35,011 bases of DNA from a bacterium (GTDB lineage: Bacteria > Zhuqueibacterota > Zhuqueibacteria > Zhuqueibacterales > Zhuqueibacteraceae). The stretch lies in assembly GCA_044869275.1 (NCBI GenBank), contig JBIOXB010000010.1:1-35011 (forward strand), written 5' to 3'. The notes below the pieces were generated by a model. That model did no database searches and was not told the DNA's origin. It saw nothing but the letters and a program-made list of their open reading frames with translations. This document shows, in pieces, positions 15,934 through 24,432 of the stretch (its first letter is position 1; each line of letters opens with the position of its first letter). The position numbers and the translations under genes are program-made.

Positions 15934-18102
15934 ATGCAACCAAAATTCCGCGACGTCGTCCGGCACGATTGGGGTCTGGCCTCGAGTCTTGGCGCTATGC
16001 GCCGGTTCGCGCGCGGATGCCGTTGCTCCCTTCCGGTCCACCACTCCGCTTATATCTTGCTTGCTGGTCTCCCGCTCTTGTCTCTCTCTTGCCAAGACCG
16101 TGAGGCACCATCGCTGTCGCGCTTCATTTTGCCCCCTCAAGCCGAAAATTTGATCTTGCGTGGCACATGGCAATTCCACGCCGGTGATATCATTCCGCAA
16201 AACTCTTCAGATTCACTGCCCGGCTCTTGGCAACCACTGTCTGTTCCGGGTTTTTGGTCGCAAACCGGCCATCCGGTCACGGGAATTTCCTGGTACCGCA
16301 CGCGGCTGGAATTGCCCGAAACCCTAAATCGCGCGCAAAGCTGGGCGCTTTCGCTGCGGCAAATTCTCGTTGCCGCGGAAATCTATTGGGACGGCCGCCT
16401 GGTCGCTAAGGACGGCAAAGTCGGCGCCTCTAAAAACGAAGAAATACCCGGTTGGGACGATCACATGTTCGTGGTGCCCGCGGAGGGTTTGCAGCCCGGC
16501 GTTCACGAGCTGGTTTTGCGGGTTTCCAATTATCACTGGTTTGAAGGCGGCATGTTTCAACCTCCGGAGTTTGGCCGTCTTGACCTGCTTTTGGAACGCC
16601 ACGAAACGCGCAAAGCTTTCGTCGGATTCGTGGCGGGGTTGTTTTTGCTCTTCGGCGTTTTTCATTTGATTCTGTACATGTTCAATCGTTCCCAGCGCGA
16701 ATACTGGCTGATGGCAGTGCTGGGTCTGGGCGTCACCTTCCTGGTGATTCTGTTCGAATTGCCAGATCTCTTCAACCTGAATGCCCGATACCCCGACGCA
16801 CGCCCGCGACTGATTTGGATCTTGATGATGATCGTAGTCGTTTTCATGTATCGTTTTCTCACCACGCAATTCGACTACCACCCTCGCGGTTTGACGCGCG
16901 TGATGTTGGGTGGATCGAGTTTAGTCCTGCTTCCCGCCTTGTTGCCCGTCGACCTGCCGAGCTTGCGGATCTTCGCGTTGCTGCGTGATTATTGGTTTGT
17001 ATTGACGCTGTTCATTGGCATGCACGTCATCACCTGGGCGGTTCGCCAGGACAAGCCCGGCAGCCGCGTGCTCGCGTGGGGCGTCTTGCCTTTGGTCATA
17101 GGCGGCACGCTGTCCACGCTTCGCTACGAAGGCATCTGGGCTTTCGCCGGTTTCATGCTGTTTGCCACGGCCATGGCGACCAGCCTGTCGCGCAAAGTGG
17201 CCGGCATTTCGCGCGAAGTGCGCCGCGCCCGCGACGTGTTCCGCTTGTTCGTGCCCGAGCAATTGCTCGACAAAATCGCCAAACGCGGCCTGGACAGCAT
17301 CAAGCTCGGCAGCGCGGAAGAGGGCACGGCCACGGTGTTGTTCACCGACATCCGCTCCTTCGCCGCCATCGCGGAAAATCTTGCGCCAGGCGAGACGCTG
17401 TCATTTTTGAACGACTTCATGCAGCGCATGTCGCCGGTGATTCACACGCACGGTGGATTCATTTGCCAATTCGTCGGCGATGAAATCATGGCGATTTTTT
17501 ACACGCCGGAGCAGGCGGCGGCGGCCGTGCGCTGCGCGATTGGGATGCGGCACGCTTTGGAGGCGCACAACCGCGAGCGGACGGCGCGCGGCGAGCCTAC
17601 GCTCGAGATCGGCATTGGCGTAAACACCGGCCGCGTGATTTTGGGCACGATCGGTTCGGACACGCGCATGGAGTCCTGCGTCATCGGCGACACGGTGAAT
17701 CTCGCCTCGCGCATTCAAAGCCTGACCAAGCAATATGGCGTAAAGATTTTGATTGCGGAATCGACCCGGCGCGCGCTGTCGAACGCCGCGCCGTTCCGCC
17801 TGCGCGAAGTGGATGTCGTGCAAGTGAAAGGCAAAACCCGGCCCGTGGCGATTCACGAAGTTTTCGATGCCGACCCGGAGCCGATCCAGATGCAAAAGCT
17901 GCGGGGTTTTTCCCGCTATGCAGATGGTCTCATAAACTTTCGGAAGCGAGACTGGACCGAAGCGCAGGCTTGTTTTTCCGCGTGTTTGCAGCTTTGCCCG
18001 GAAGACGCCATCGCGCAAATGTACGTGCAGCGCTGCGCAGAATTTCTGCGCACACCGCCAGGCGCGGAATGGGATGGGGTGACGGTGTTGCAGGAGAAGT
18101 GA
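15934..18102 (+). CDS. Membrane class III nucleotide cyclase: extracytoplasmic sugar-binding-like domain, 7TM-DISM-like region, cyclase domain, short TPR-like tail; start may be ATG 15997
   Basis: LRGTWQF...VPGFW...WYRTRL (GH2 N-terminal-like beta-sandwich), about 7 TM helices, VLFTDIRSF, FVGDEIMA, GIGVNTG, VIGDTVNLASR, VKGK. Confidence 0.9.
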   Translation: MQPKFRDVVRHDWGLASSLGAMRRFARGCRCSLPVHHSAYILLAGLPLLSLSCQDREAPSLSRFILPPQAENLILRGTWQFHAGDIIPQNSSDSLPGSWQPLSVPGFWSQTGHPVTGISWYRTRLELPETLNRAQSWALSLRQILVAAEIYWDGRLVAKDGKVGASKNEEIPGWDDHMFVVPAEGLQPGVHELVLRVSNYHWFEGGMFQPPEFGRLDLLLERHETRKAFVGFVAGLFLLFGVFHLILYMFNRSQREYWLMAVLGLGVTFLVILFELPDLFNLNARYPDARPRLIWILMMIVVVFMYRFLTTQFDYHPRGLTRVMLGGSSLVLLPALLPVDLPSLRIFALLRDYWFVLTLFIGMHVITWAVRQDKPGSRVLAWGVLPLVIGGTLSTLRYEGIWAFAGFMLFATAMATSLSRKVAGISREVRRARDVFRLFVPEQLLDKIAKRGLDSIKLGSAEEGTATVLFTDIRSFAAIAENLAPGETLSFLNDFMQRMSPVIHTHGGFICQFVGDEIMAIFYTPEQAAAAVRCAIGMRHALEAHNRERTARGEPTLEIGIGVNTGRVILGTIGSDTRMESCVIGDTVNLASRIQSLTKQYGVKILIAESTRRALSNAAPFRLREVDVVQVKGKTRPVAIHEVFDADPEPIQMQKLRGFSRYADGLINFRKRDWTEAQACFSACLQLCPEDAIAQMYVQRCAEFLRTPPGAEWDGVTVLQEK

Positions 18103-18139
18103 GCATTGATGGCAATTCACGCACCAACCGGAGGGTGTC

Positions 18140-19624
18140 ATGCTTTACGTCGCGGTCGTCGTGGTATATTTACTCGTGCTGTTTGCGGTAGGCTTGTCGA
18201 AAATGCGGTCGGTGAAGACACAGGAAGACTTCATGGTTGCGGGCCGCAAAACGCCGTGGCTGTTGCTGGTGGGCACGCTGGTGTGCACGTGGATCGGCTC
18301 CGGCAGCTTGTTCGGCGGGGCAGGCCTGGCGTTTCGCATGGGCTTTTCGGAATTGTGGATGAGCGCGGGCGCCTGGGTCGGCATTGCCTGCATTTATTTT
18401 CTCGCACATCGCGTGCGCCGTATCGCGCAATTCACACTGTCCGACATTCTCGAAACACGCTACAATAAATGGGCGCGCGTGCTGGGCACGACTTCCATCA
18501 CCATCGCCTATTTGACGATCGCGGGCTATCAATTTCGCGGCGGCGGCCGCTTACTCAACATTCTCACCGGCATCGATCCGCTGTACGGCGGAATGATGAC
18601 CTGCGCTGTCACCATCGCGTTCACCGTCGTCGCGGGCCTGGTTTCGATCATCACCATCGACATTTTCAACGGCATCATCATGACGCTGGGCGTGGTGATC
18701 GGCGTCCCGCTGGCCATTTCCGCCATGGGCGGCTGGGGCCAGGTGGTGCAGAACCTGCCGCCGGATCATTTCGCCGTTTTCGGCAAGAGCGACTGGGTGT
18801 GGGCCGCAGGGGTATTTTTCCCGACCTTCTTCCTGTTGATGGGGGAAGGCAGCATTTATCAAAAATTTTTCGCGGCTGAAAACGAAAAGGCTGCGCGCAA
18901 GGCCGTGATCGGTATGATCGTCGGCGTCGTTTTGATCGAAACGTTGTTGTGCGCGCTGGCCGTGATCGGCAGCTCGAAATATTATACGCTCGCGCCTTTT
19001 GCCAATCCCGACGGCTCACTCGACAAGAGCGCGACGGAAACGATCATCTTGCATCTTGCGCGTTTTGATTTGCCGGTTTACGCGGGCGCGCTCTTGATTG
19101 CCGCCGGCGTTGCGATCATTCTTTCCACGGCCAACAGCTTCTTGATGACTCCTTCCACCAATATCACGCGCGATTTATACCAGCGCTTTATCAATCCTGA
19201 GGCCTCACAAGAAAAAATCGTGGCGTTGCAGCGCGGGCTGATCGTCGTGCTCGGCATCGTAGCTTTCATTCTGGCCGGTTTTTTCAAGAGCATTTTGGAT
19301 ATGGCCTTCACCGCATACACCATCGTGGGCGCGGGCGTGACGCCGGCGCTGTTGGCCGCGTTTTTGTGGAAACGCACCAGCGTATCCGGGGGCGTGGCTT
19401 CCATTGCGACGGGCATGTTCGTCACGATTCTCATTACCATTGCCAATTTCGCGCTGGAAGGCACGACGAAAACCTTCTCATGGCTTGGCGTGAAACTACT
19501 GCCCATGGAAACCGATTATATTATTTTGCCCGCCGCCGCCGCTTCCATTCTGACCCTGATCGTGGTGAGCCTGGTCACTCCGCCGCCCCCGGAAGCGAAG
19601 TGGAAGCCGTTTTGGGCGGCGTGA
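18140..19624 (+). CDS. Sodium:solute symporter (SSS/SLC5) family protein
   Basis: EDFMVAGRK, TWIGSGSLFG, TLSDILETRY, IYQKFFAA, AIILSTANSFL, TRDLY. GGAGGG RBS. Confidence 0.93.
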   Translation: MLYVAVVVVYLLVLFAVGLSKMRSVKTQEDFMVAGRKTPWLLLVGTLVCTWIGSGSLFGGAGLAFRMGFSELWMSAGAWVGIACIYFLAHRVRRIAQFTLSDILETRYNKWARVLGTTSITIAYLTIAGYQFRGGGRLLNILTGIDPLYGGMMTCAVTIAFTVVAGLVSIITIDIFNGIIMTLGVVIGVPLAISAMGGWGQVVQNLPPDHFAVFGKSDWVWAAGVFFPTFFLLMGEGSIYQKFFAAENEKAARKAVIGMIVGVVLIETLLCALAVIGSSKYYTLAPFANPDGSLDKSATETIILHLARFDLPVYAGALLIAAGVAIILSTANSFLMTPSTNITRDLYQRFINPEASQEKIVALQRGLIVVLGIVAFILAGFFKSILDMAFTAYTIVGAGVTPALLAAFLWKRTSVSGGVASIATGMFVTILITIANFALEGTTKTFSWLGVKLLPMETDYIILPAAAASILTLIVVSLVTPPPPEAKWKPFWAA

Positions 19625-19678
19625 AGCGGCTGCTGCACAGAACTCTGGATTTGTCACGTTCACGAAGGGAGCGAAACC

Positions 19679-20878
19679 GTGTTTGGGAAAATGATCTCTG
19701 TGACGCGATTTCTCAACACCGCGCTTTTTATTTGCTTCGTCCTGGCCGCCTGTAAACGGCTGGAAAAGGACACGCCACCGGCGGTGACGGAGGCGATCGC
19801 AGCGGTACAGAAAAGATATTGCCCCGACCGGCGGCTTTGCGTGTTTGACGTCAGCGTGCAGATGCGCGGTGCCAATCTCAAATTGACCGGCGAGGTTTCG
19901 GAGCTCCGGGCCAAAAAGGAAATTGTGCAGGCCGTGAAGGAGGCCGTGAGCAATTTCAAAGTGGAAGAGGAAATCCGGGTACTACCGGACGAAGCGCTGG
20001 GCAGCGCTGGTTACGGCCTGGTGCGGGTGAGCGTGGCAAACCTGCGTGGCAAACCGGCGCATGCGGCGGAATTGGTGCATCAGCAACTGCTCGGCAGTGT
20101 GCTGCGCTTGATGAAGCAGGAAGAAAACTGGTATTATGTGCAAACCGAAGACGGCTATCTGGCGTGGGTACCGGCGGGCTCCGTGCAAATTGCCGATAGT
20201 GCCGCTGCGGCGTCATGGCGGGCTTCCGATTTGGTGGCTTTGCGCGTCTTGAACGGCACCTTGCGCGCTGAACCGCGAGAAGGCGCGGCGCCGATTTCAA
20301 CAATCGTGCTCGGCGGCGTAGGGCGAAAATTGGCGGAAGTGAGCGACGCGAATCCTTCTTCAAAAAGGAAATGGCTCCAGCTGGAATTGCCCGACGGCAG
20401 AAAGGGATTCATCGAGCGTGAAAATGTCACCAGCAATGCCGAAATCTTTCCGGCCATGCCGCAGGCGGCGCAAAAGCTGTTGGCGCGGACCGAACAATTC
20501 CTCGGCATTCCATACCTCTGGGGTGGCACTTCCGTCGCCGGCTTCGATTGTTCCGGTTTTACGCAAACCGTATATCGCTTGAATGGTATTTCATTGTGGC
20601 GTGACGCCAGCCAGCAGGCGCGCCAGGGCGAGAGCCTGGATCCCGGCGATGAGTTCTCACATCTGCAACCCGGCGATTTGTTGTGCTTCGGTGAAAAGCC
20701 GGGCAGGATCACACATGTCGCCATCTCGCTCGGAGGGCCGCGCTTCATTCATGCCTCGGATTTCGTGCAGAGCAACAGTTTGAATCCCGAGGATACCGAC
20801 TACGCCGGTGATCGCCGTGAAACGTTCCAGTTTGCCAGGAGGTTTCCGCTGCAGGCACCCAGCAATGGCAAGCATTGA
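19679..20878 (+). CDS. NlpC/P60 (C40) peptidase lipoprotein with SH3b domains; YkfC/dipeptidyl-peptidase VI-like gamma-D-glutamyl peptidase
   Basis: Lipobox LAAC. VSVANLRGKP...ELVHQQLLG...WYYVQTEDGYLAW (SH3b). PYLWGGTS..GFDCSG, PGDLLCF, ITHVAI, FIHAS (Cys-His-His). Confidence 0.92.
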   Translation: MFGKMISVTRFLNTALFICFVLAACKRLEKDTPPAVTEAIAAVQKRYCPDRRLCVFDVSVQMRGANLKLTGEVSELRAKKEIVQAVKEAVSNFKVEEEIRVLPDEALGSAGYGLVRVSVANLRGKPAHAAELVHQQLLGSVLRLMKQEENWYYVQTEDGYLAWVPAGSVQIADSAAAASWRASDLVALRVLNGTLRAEPREGAAPISTIVLGGVGRKLAEVSDANPSSKRKWLQLELPDGRKGFIERENVTSNAEIFPAMPQAAQKLLARTEQFLGIPYLWGGTSVAGFDCSGFTQTVYRLNGISLWRDASQQARQGESLDPGDEFSHLQPGDLLCFGEKPGRITHVAISLGGPRFIHASDFVQSNSLNPEDTDYAGDRRETFQFARRFPLQAPSNGKH

Positions 20879-20946
20879 AGCAGTGCGAGAAAACGTTTCG
20901 GGTTCTGAATGGCGCAAGGTTCTGGAAAACCACTTGAAGGGAAAAG

Positions 20947-20969
20947 AGTCATGACTATGAATATAGTCA
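20947..20969. promoter_or_regulatory. Palindromic candidate operator upstream of the second SSS gene
   Basis: TGACTAT-gaat-ATAGTCA (20952-20969), overlapping palindrome AGTCATGACT (20947-20956). Confidence 0.35.
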
Positions 20970-20997
20970 GGCTGCGCAAAACCGGGGATCGCGAAGA

Positions 20998-22488
20998 GTG
21001 TTCATGACGGAAACCTCGCTTTATTACTGGCTCGGATTTCTGACTTTCTGCTGCATCGCGATCGCGATTGGCTATTTCTCCTATCGCCGTCTCCCCTTGC
21101 TGGCTCCTGGCCAGCATGAATTCTGGACCGCCGGCAAAAAAATCTCCGGCTGGTCTGCGGGCCTGTCGATCTCAGCGAGCATGATGTCGATCAGTTGGTC
21201 TTGCGTCTATGGCGTGCAATTGTTCTATTGGTACGGCGTGGGCGGGCTGTGGCTGCTCGCCATTCCCTGGCTGCTGGCGATGATCGGTTTTTTTGCCGTG
21301 GCGCCGCGCCTGCATCGCATGACTTCTTTTTCGCAGCCGGAGATGGTGGGGGCGCGTTTCGGCTTGCGCGCGCGACGAATGCTGGCGATTCCGCTAGCGT
21401 TCGTTTATCTGGTGTGGTGCGGAGCGGAAATTTATGCGGCCGCGCAGGTGCTCGCGCCTTTGCTCGATACCTCGCCTCTGCTCATGCTGGTGTTGATCGC
21501 CGGCGTGGTGGTGACTTATTCCTATTTGGGCGGCCTATCTGCCGTCGTCGCCACCGACAGATTTCAATATTTTCTGGCCGCCTTTTTCATCGCAACCATC
21601 GCCGTTTTGGGGGCAAATGCCGTTCTGCAGCGCGCCGGTTTTTCGGCTTTTCTCGCCGCACTTCCAGTTCCTCCCAAGGCGCAGGCCCCTGCCACTTCAT
21701 TGCGCTCCACCGGTTTGGCTTTGTTGGTGATGACATTCATTGCCTACCTACCGGGCTGGCTGGTCACCACCGATGTATGGATCAAAATGCAAGCCACACG
21801 CAACAGTTTTGAGGCGCGCAAGGGCGTCGCCATCGCAGCTCTAAATTCTCTTGTGTTTATCACGGTCTTGCCGCTATGCATCGGTTTGTCTGCGCTTTAT
21901 CTTTATCCGCCGCAAGACGGCGTCATTCCCGAGCGCTTGCAGGACGGCGCGCGCATTTTCACGGCCCTGATGCAGGATTTCTCGCCGTTGAGCTTGAGCG
22001 TGTTCCTGGCGGTGGGATTGGCTGCCGTCGCCATGTCAACCATCGATACCACCGGCAATGTGCTCGCGCTTTCGCTTTCCTATGACCTGCTGGAGATTTC
22101 CAATATTCGGTGGTTTTCTGCCCGGCTGCGCGCGAATCTGCCGCGCTATATCACTGTGCTGGCCATCGCGCTGGCGTTGCTTTATGCCTTGCTCATCGAA
22201 TCGCTGTGGGATATTTTTTATCTTTCCTCTGGTATCTTAACGACAACGATTTTCATTCCCATGGTCGCGATTTTTCTGCCGTCCGCAAAACCCAGACAAG
22301 TCCATGCCGCGATCATCACCGGTTTTATCAGCACCTTGTCGTTTTATTTTCTTGAAACACGCGGTTATCTCGTCAGCCTGCTACCCGATTGGCTGGCGGC
22401 AACGGGGTTGGGTTATATCTTGTGGGGATTCATCGTGGCTGTGCTGGCGTTTATTGGTTTTGGCTGGCAATCACGAGTCAACATTTGA
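20998..22488 (+). CDS. Second, divergent sodium:solute symporter family protein (start may be ATG 21004)
   Basis: EFWTAGKK, SQPEMVGARFG, YSYLGGLSAVVATDRFQ, AVAMSTIDT. About 13 TM helices. Confidence 0.88.
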   Translation: MFMTETSLYYWLGFLTFCCIAIAIGYFSYRRLPLLAPGQHEFWTAGKKISGWSAGLSISASMMSISWSCVYGVQLFYWYGVGGLWLLAIPWLLAMIGFFAVAPRLHRMTSFSQPEMVGARFGLRARRMLAIPLAFVYLVWCGAEIYAAAQVLAPLLDTSPLLMLVLIAGVVVTYSYLGGLSAVVATDRFQYFLAAFFIATIAVLGANAVLQRAGFSAFLAALPVPPKAQAPATSLRSTGLALLVMTFIAYLPGWLVTTDVWIKMQATRNSFEARKGVAIAALNSLVFITVLPLCIGLSALYLYPPQDGVIPERLQDGARIFTALMQDFSPLSLSVFLAVGLAAVAMSTIDTTGNVLALSLSYDLLEISNIRWFSARLRANLPRYITVLAIALALLYALLIESLWDIFYLSSGILTTTIFIPMVAIFLPSAKPRQVHAAIITGFISTLSFYFLETRGYLVSLLPDWLAATGLGYILWGFIVAVLAFIGFGWQSRVNI

Positions 22489-22540
22489 GCATTATACAAT
22501 TAGCTCATCAAACTTAAAAAAAATCCCGAAAGCTTCTTGC

Positions 22541-22604
22541 CCAACGGATGAAGAGCGACCAACGGATTCAGAGTAAGTCCGTTGGTCGCTTTTGAATCCA
22601 TTGG
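22541..22604. repeat. Hairpin built from two CCAACGGAT units and their inverse; same architecture as 10569-10637
   Basis: AAGAGCGACCAACGGATT (22551-22568) pairs with AGTCCGTTGGTCGCTTTT (22576-22593) with two G:T pairs. Outer CCAACGGAT (22541-22549) / ATCCATTGG (22596-22604). Confidence 0.85.
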
Positions 22605-22624
22605 CTAATTGGGAAAACAAACTC

Positions 22625-23386
22625 ATGATCGTTATTCTAGTATTGCTGAGCCTTAACTCCGCTTTGGCGCAGACGGCTGAAACAAGGCAAGATTCAGAGG
22701 CGTCGTTGATGACTGCCCTGCGAGCCGGCGATGAAGCCTATCACCGTTTCGACAATGTTGCGGCCCTTGCCGCTTATCAGCGCGCGCTGGGCCTCGATTC
22801 CACGGATTATCAAGCGCTTTGGAAAGCGACGCGCGCCTATGTCGATGTCGGTCATGCGACGAAAGGAGATGAGCAGAAGCAGAATTATCGCCTGGCGGAA
22901 AAGCTGGCGCGGCGCTGTCTGGCCTTGCATCCGGATTCGGTGGAAAGCCATTTCGTGCTGGCCATGGCTTTGGGGCGCGTGGCGCTGCAAGTCGGCGGGA
23001 AGAAGAAAATCGAGCTTTCCAAAGAAATCAAAGCCGAAGCTGAGCGCACGCTGGCGCTGGACTCTTGCCACAATGGGGCCATGCACATTCTCGGCCGCTG
23101 GCACTACGAACTGGGCAATCTCAGTTGGGTGCTAAAATCGTTCGCAAAAGTCCTATACGGCGGTGTCCCGCCCAGCGGCGGAAATGAAGAAGCGCGGCGA
23201 TGGTTCGAGAAAGCCATCGCATGCGATCCGCGTTCTCCCTTGCATTACTTGTGGCTGGGGAAAACCTTGCTGAAATTGAAGGAGGAGAAATTAGCCCGGG
23301 AAAGCCTGGAAAAATGCGTGCAATTGCCGCCGGTTTACTGGGACGATGATATGAACAAGCGTGAAGCCGAAAAATTGTTGCAGTAG
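22625..23386 (+). CDS. Secreted TPR protein resembling regulator-of-microtubule-dynamics (RMDN) proteins
   Basis: Signal peptide MIVILVLLSLNSALA. ALWKATRAY, HILGRWHYELGNLSWVLKSFAKVLYG...EEARRWFEKA resemble RMDN-type TPRs. ATG 22625 preferred over TTG 22592. Confidence 0.75.
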   Translation: MIVILVLLSLNSALAQTAETRQDSEASLMTALRAGDEAYHRFDNVAALAAYQRALGLDSTDYQALWKATRAYVDVGHATKGDEQKQNYRLAEKLARRCLALHPDSVESHFVLAMALGRVALQVGGKKKIELSKEIKAEAERTLALDSCHNGAMHILGRWHYELGNLSWVLKSFAKVLYGGVPPSGGNEEARRWFEKAIACDPRSPLHYLWLGKTLLKLKEEKLARESLEKCVQLPPVYWDDDMNKREAEKLLQ

Positions 23387-23520
23387 ACTATTTCACCAGC
23401 GGCACCGAACCCATGAGGCCATACTGTACCGCCGCATCCATGCGGTTCTCCATTTGCGCCTCTTGACGCCAGGGTGTGATGAGCGCACCAGCTCGCTGCC
23501 GGCATGAAAGCGAGGCATGC

Positions 23521-24132
23521 TCAGTCAATCAGCCCTTGCTTTTTGAGCTCGCGCGCTGCGGCCTCCGCGACGTCGTCGACCACTTGCCGCAGGCCGCTGG
23601 GGTCGCTGGTCTCGCTGATGCCCGCCCAAACCATTTTTTCGTCGGCCAGGGAGAAGATTTTCGTTTCCACTTGGAGGATGCGAGTGGTTTCCACGAATCC
23701 CGACTCGTACACCATCGGCCAGGCATAGCTATAATAATTCCAAAAAGCATAAGGATCCGGATAATAACGTCTCGAGACATAATTCGTCTTTTCGCTGGCG
23801 TGTATGGCTTGCAGGGTCACCGCGCCATCAATGCCTAATTCTTTGACTTTCGCCTTCGCCAATGCGACGCTGTCAATCTCTTGCTTGGTGAGAATGGTAT
23901 GGGAGGGTATGCCTTCCCCGCGTTTGATCTTGGCCGCCATGCGATTTTCGACCGCTTGCCGGACGCTTTCATCCGGGCTGATCATCAACACCAGCACTTT
24001 TTTGAACTTCAAAGGCGCCGTATCGGGATTCTTCCAAGTGTCTTGAAACGCGGTAGACCCCCCACAGGAAACAAAGAGCAGCCCGGCCCAAACGATTGCG
24101 ACTAAACGCCTGAATGGATTCTTGCCAGCCAA
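23521..24132 (-). CDS. DUF4136-like lipoprotein
   Basis: TTG start at 24132 with AGAGGA upstream. Lipobox FVSC. FKKVLVL, RQAVENRM, aromatic loop YYPDPYAFWNYYSYAW, VETKIFSLADEKMVWAG. Confidence 0.7.
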   Translation of the reverse strand: MAGKNPFRRLVAIVWAGLLFVSCGGSTAFQDTWKNPDTAPLKFKKVLVLMISPDESVRQAVENRMAAKIKRGEGIPSHTILTKQEIDSVALAKAKVKELGIDGAVTLQAIHASEKTNYVSRRYYPDPYAFWNYYSYAWPMVYESGFVETTRILQVETKIFSLADEKMVWAGISETSDPSGLRQVVDDVAEAAARELKKQGLID

Positions 24133-24197
24133 AGTTTTTCTCCTCTTGAAAGCTGATTGATTTATAAAGCCGCACTGCAAAAGTGTAGTACTCGGGA

Positions 24198-24271
24198 AGC
24201 GCCTATCCCAAAACCTCATTTTGACATACCCCTGTTGCGGGATGACGTTTCAGGGCTTTCGAATAGGCTCT
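24198..24271. repeat. Degenerate 74-bp MITE-like inverted repeat
   Basis: AGCGCCTATCCCAAAACC (24198-24215) versus the reverse complement of 24254-24271 (AGAGCCTATTCGAAAGCC), 14/18 identical. Internal TCATTTTG...CGGGATGA stem. Confidence 0.45.
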
Positions 24272-24432
24272 AAGCATAAGCCGGGTATGGCAATACGGCG
24301 ACTGCCTCACGGCGAACGCAGAAAAGCAAAACAATCTCGTCGCATTGGAATTTTGATTTTGCCTCATCGTCTGGCGGTTGATTATTCTGCCTTTCCGCGC
24401 TCTTGCGCCACCCGGAGTTCACTCCTGTCAAG

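Noticed and set aside
3976..18102. Pycsar-like defence system (cyclase plus cNMP effector)
   Set aside because: The two genes are about 11.4 kb apart in different operons. The cyclase is a membrane sensor type, and the cNMP protein has no TIR or TM effector domain.
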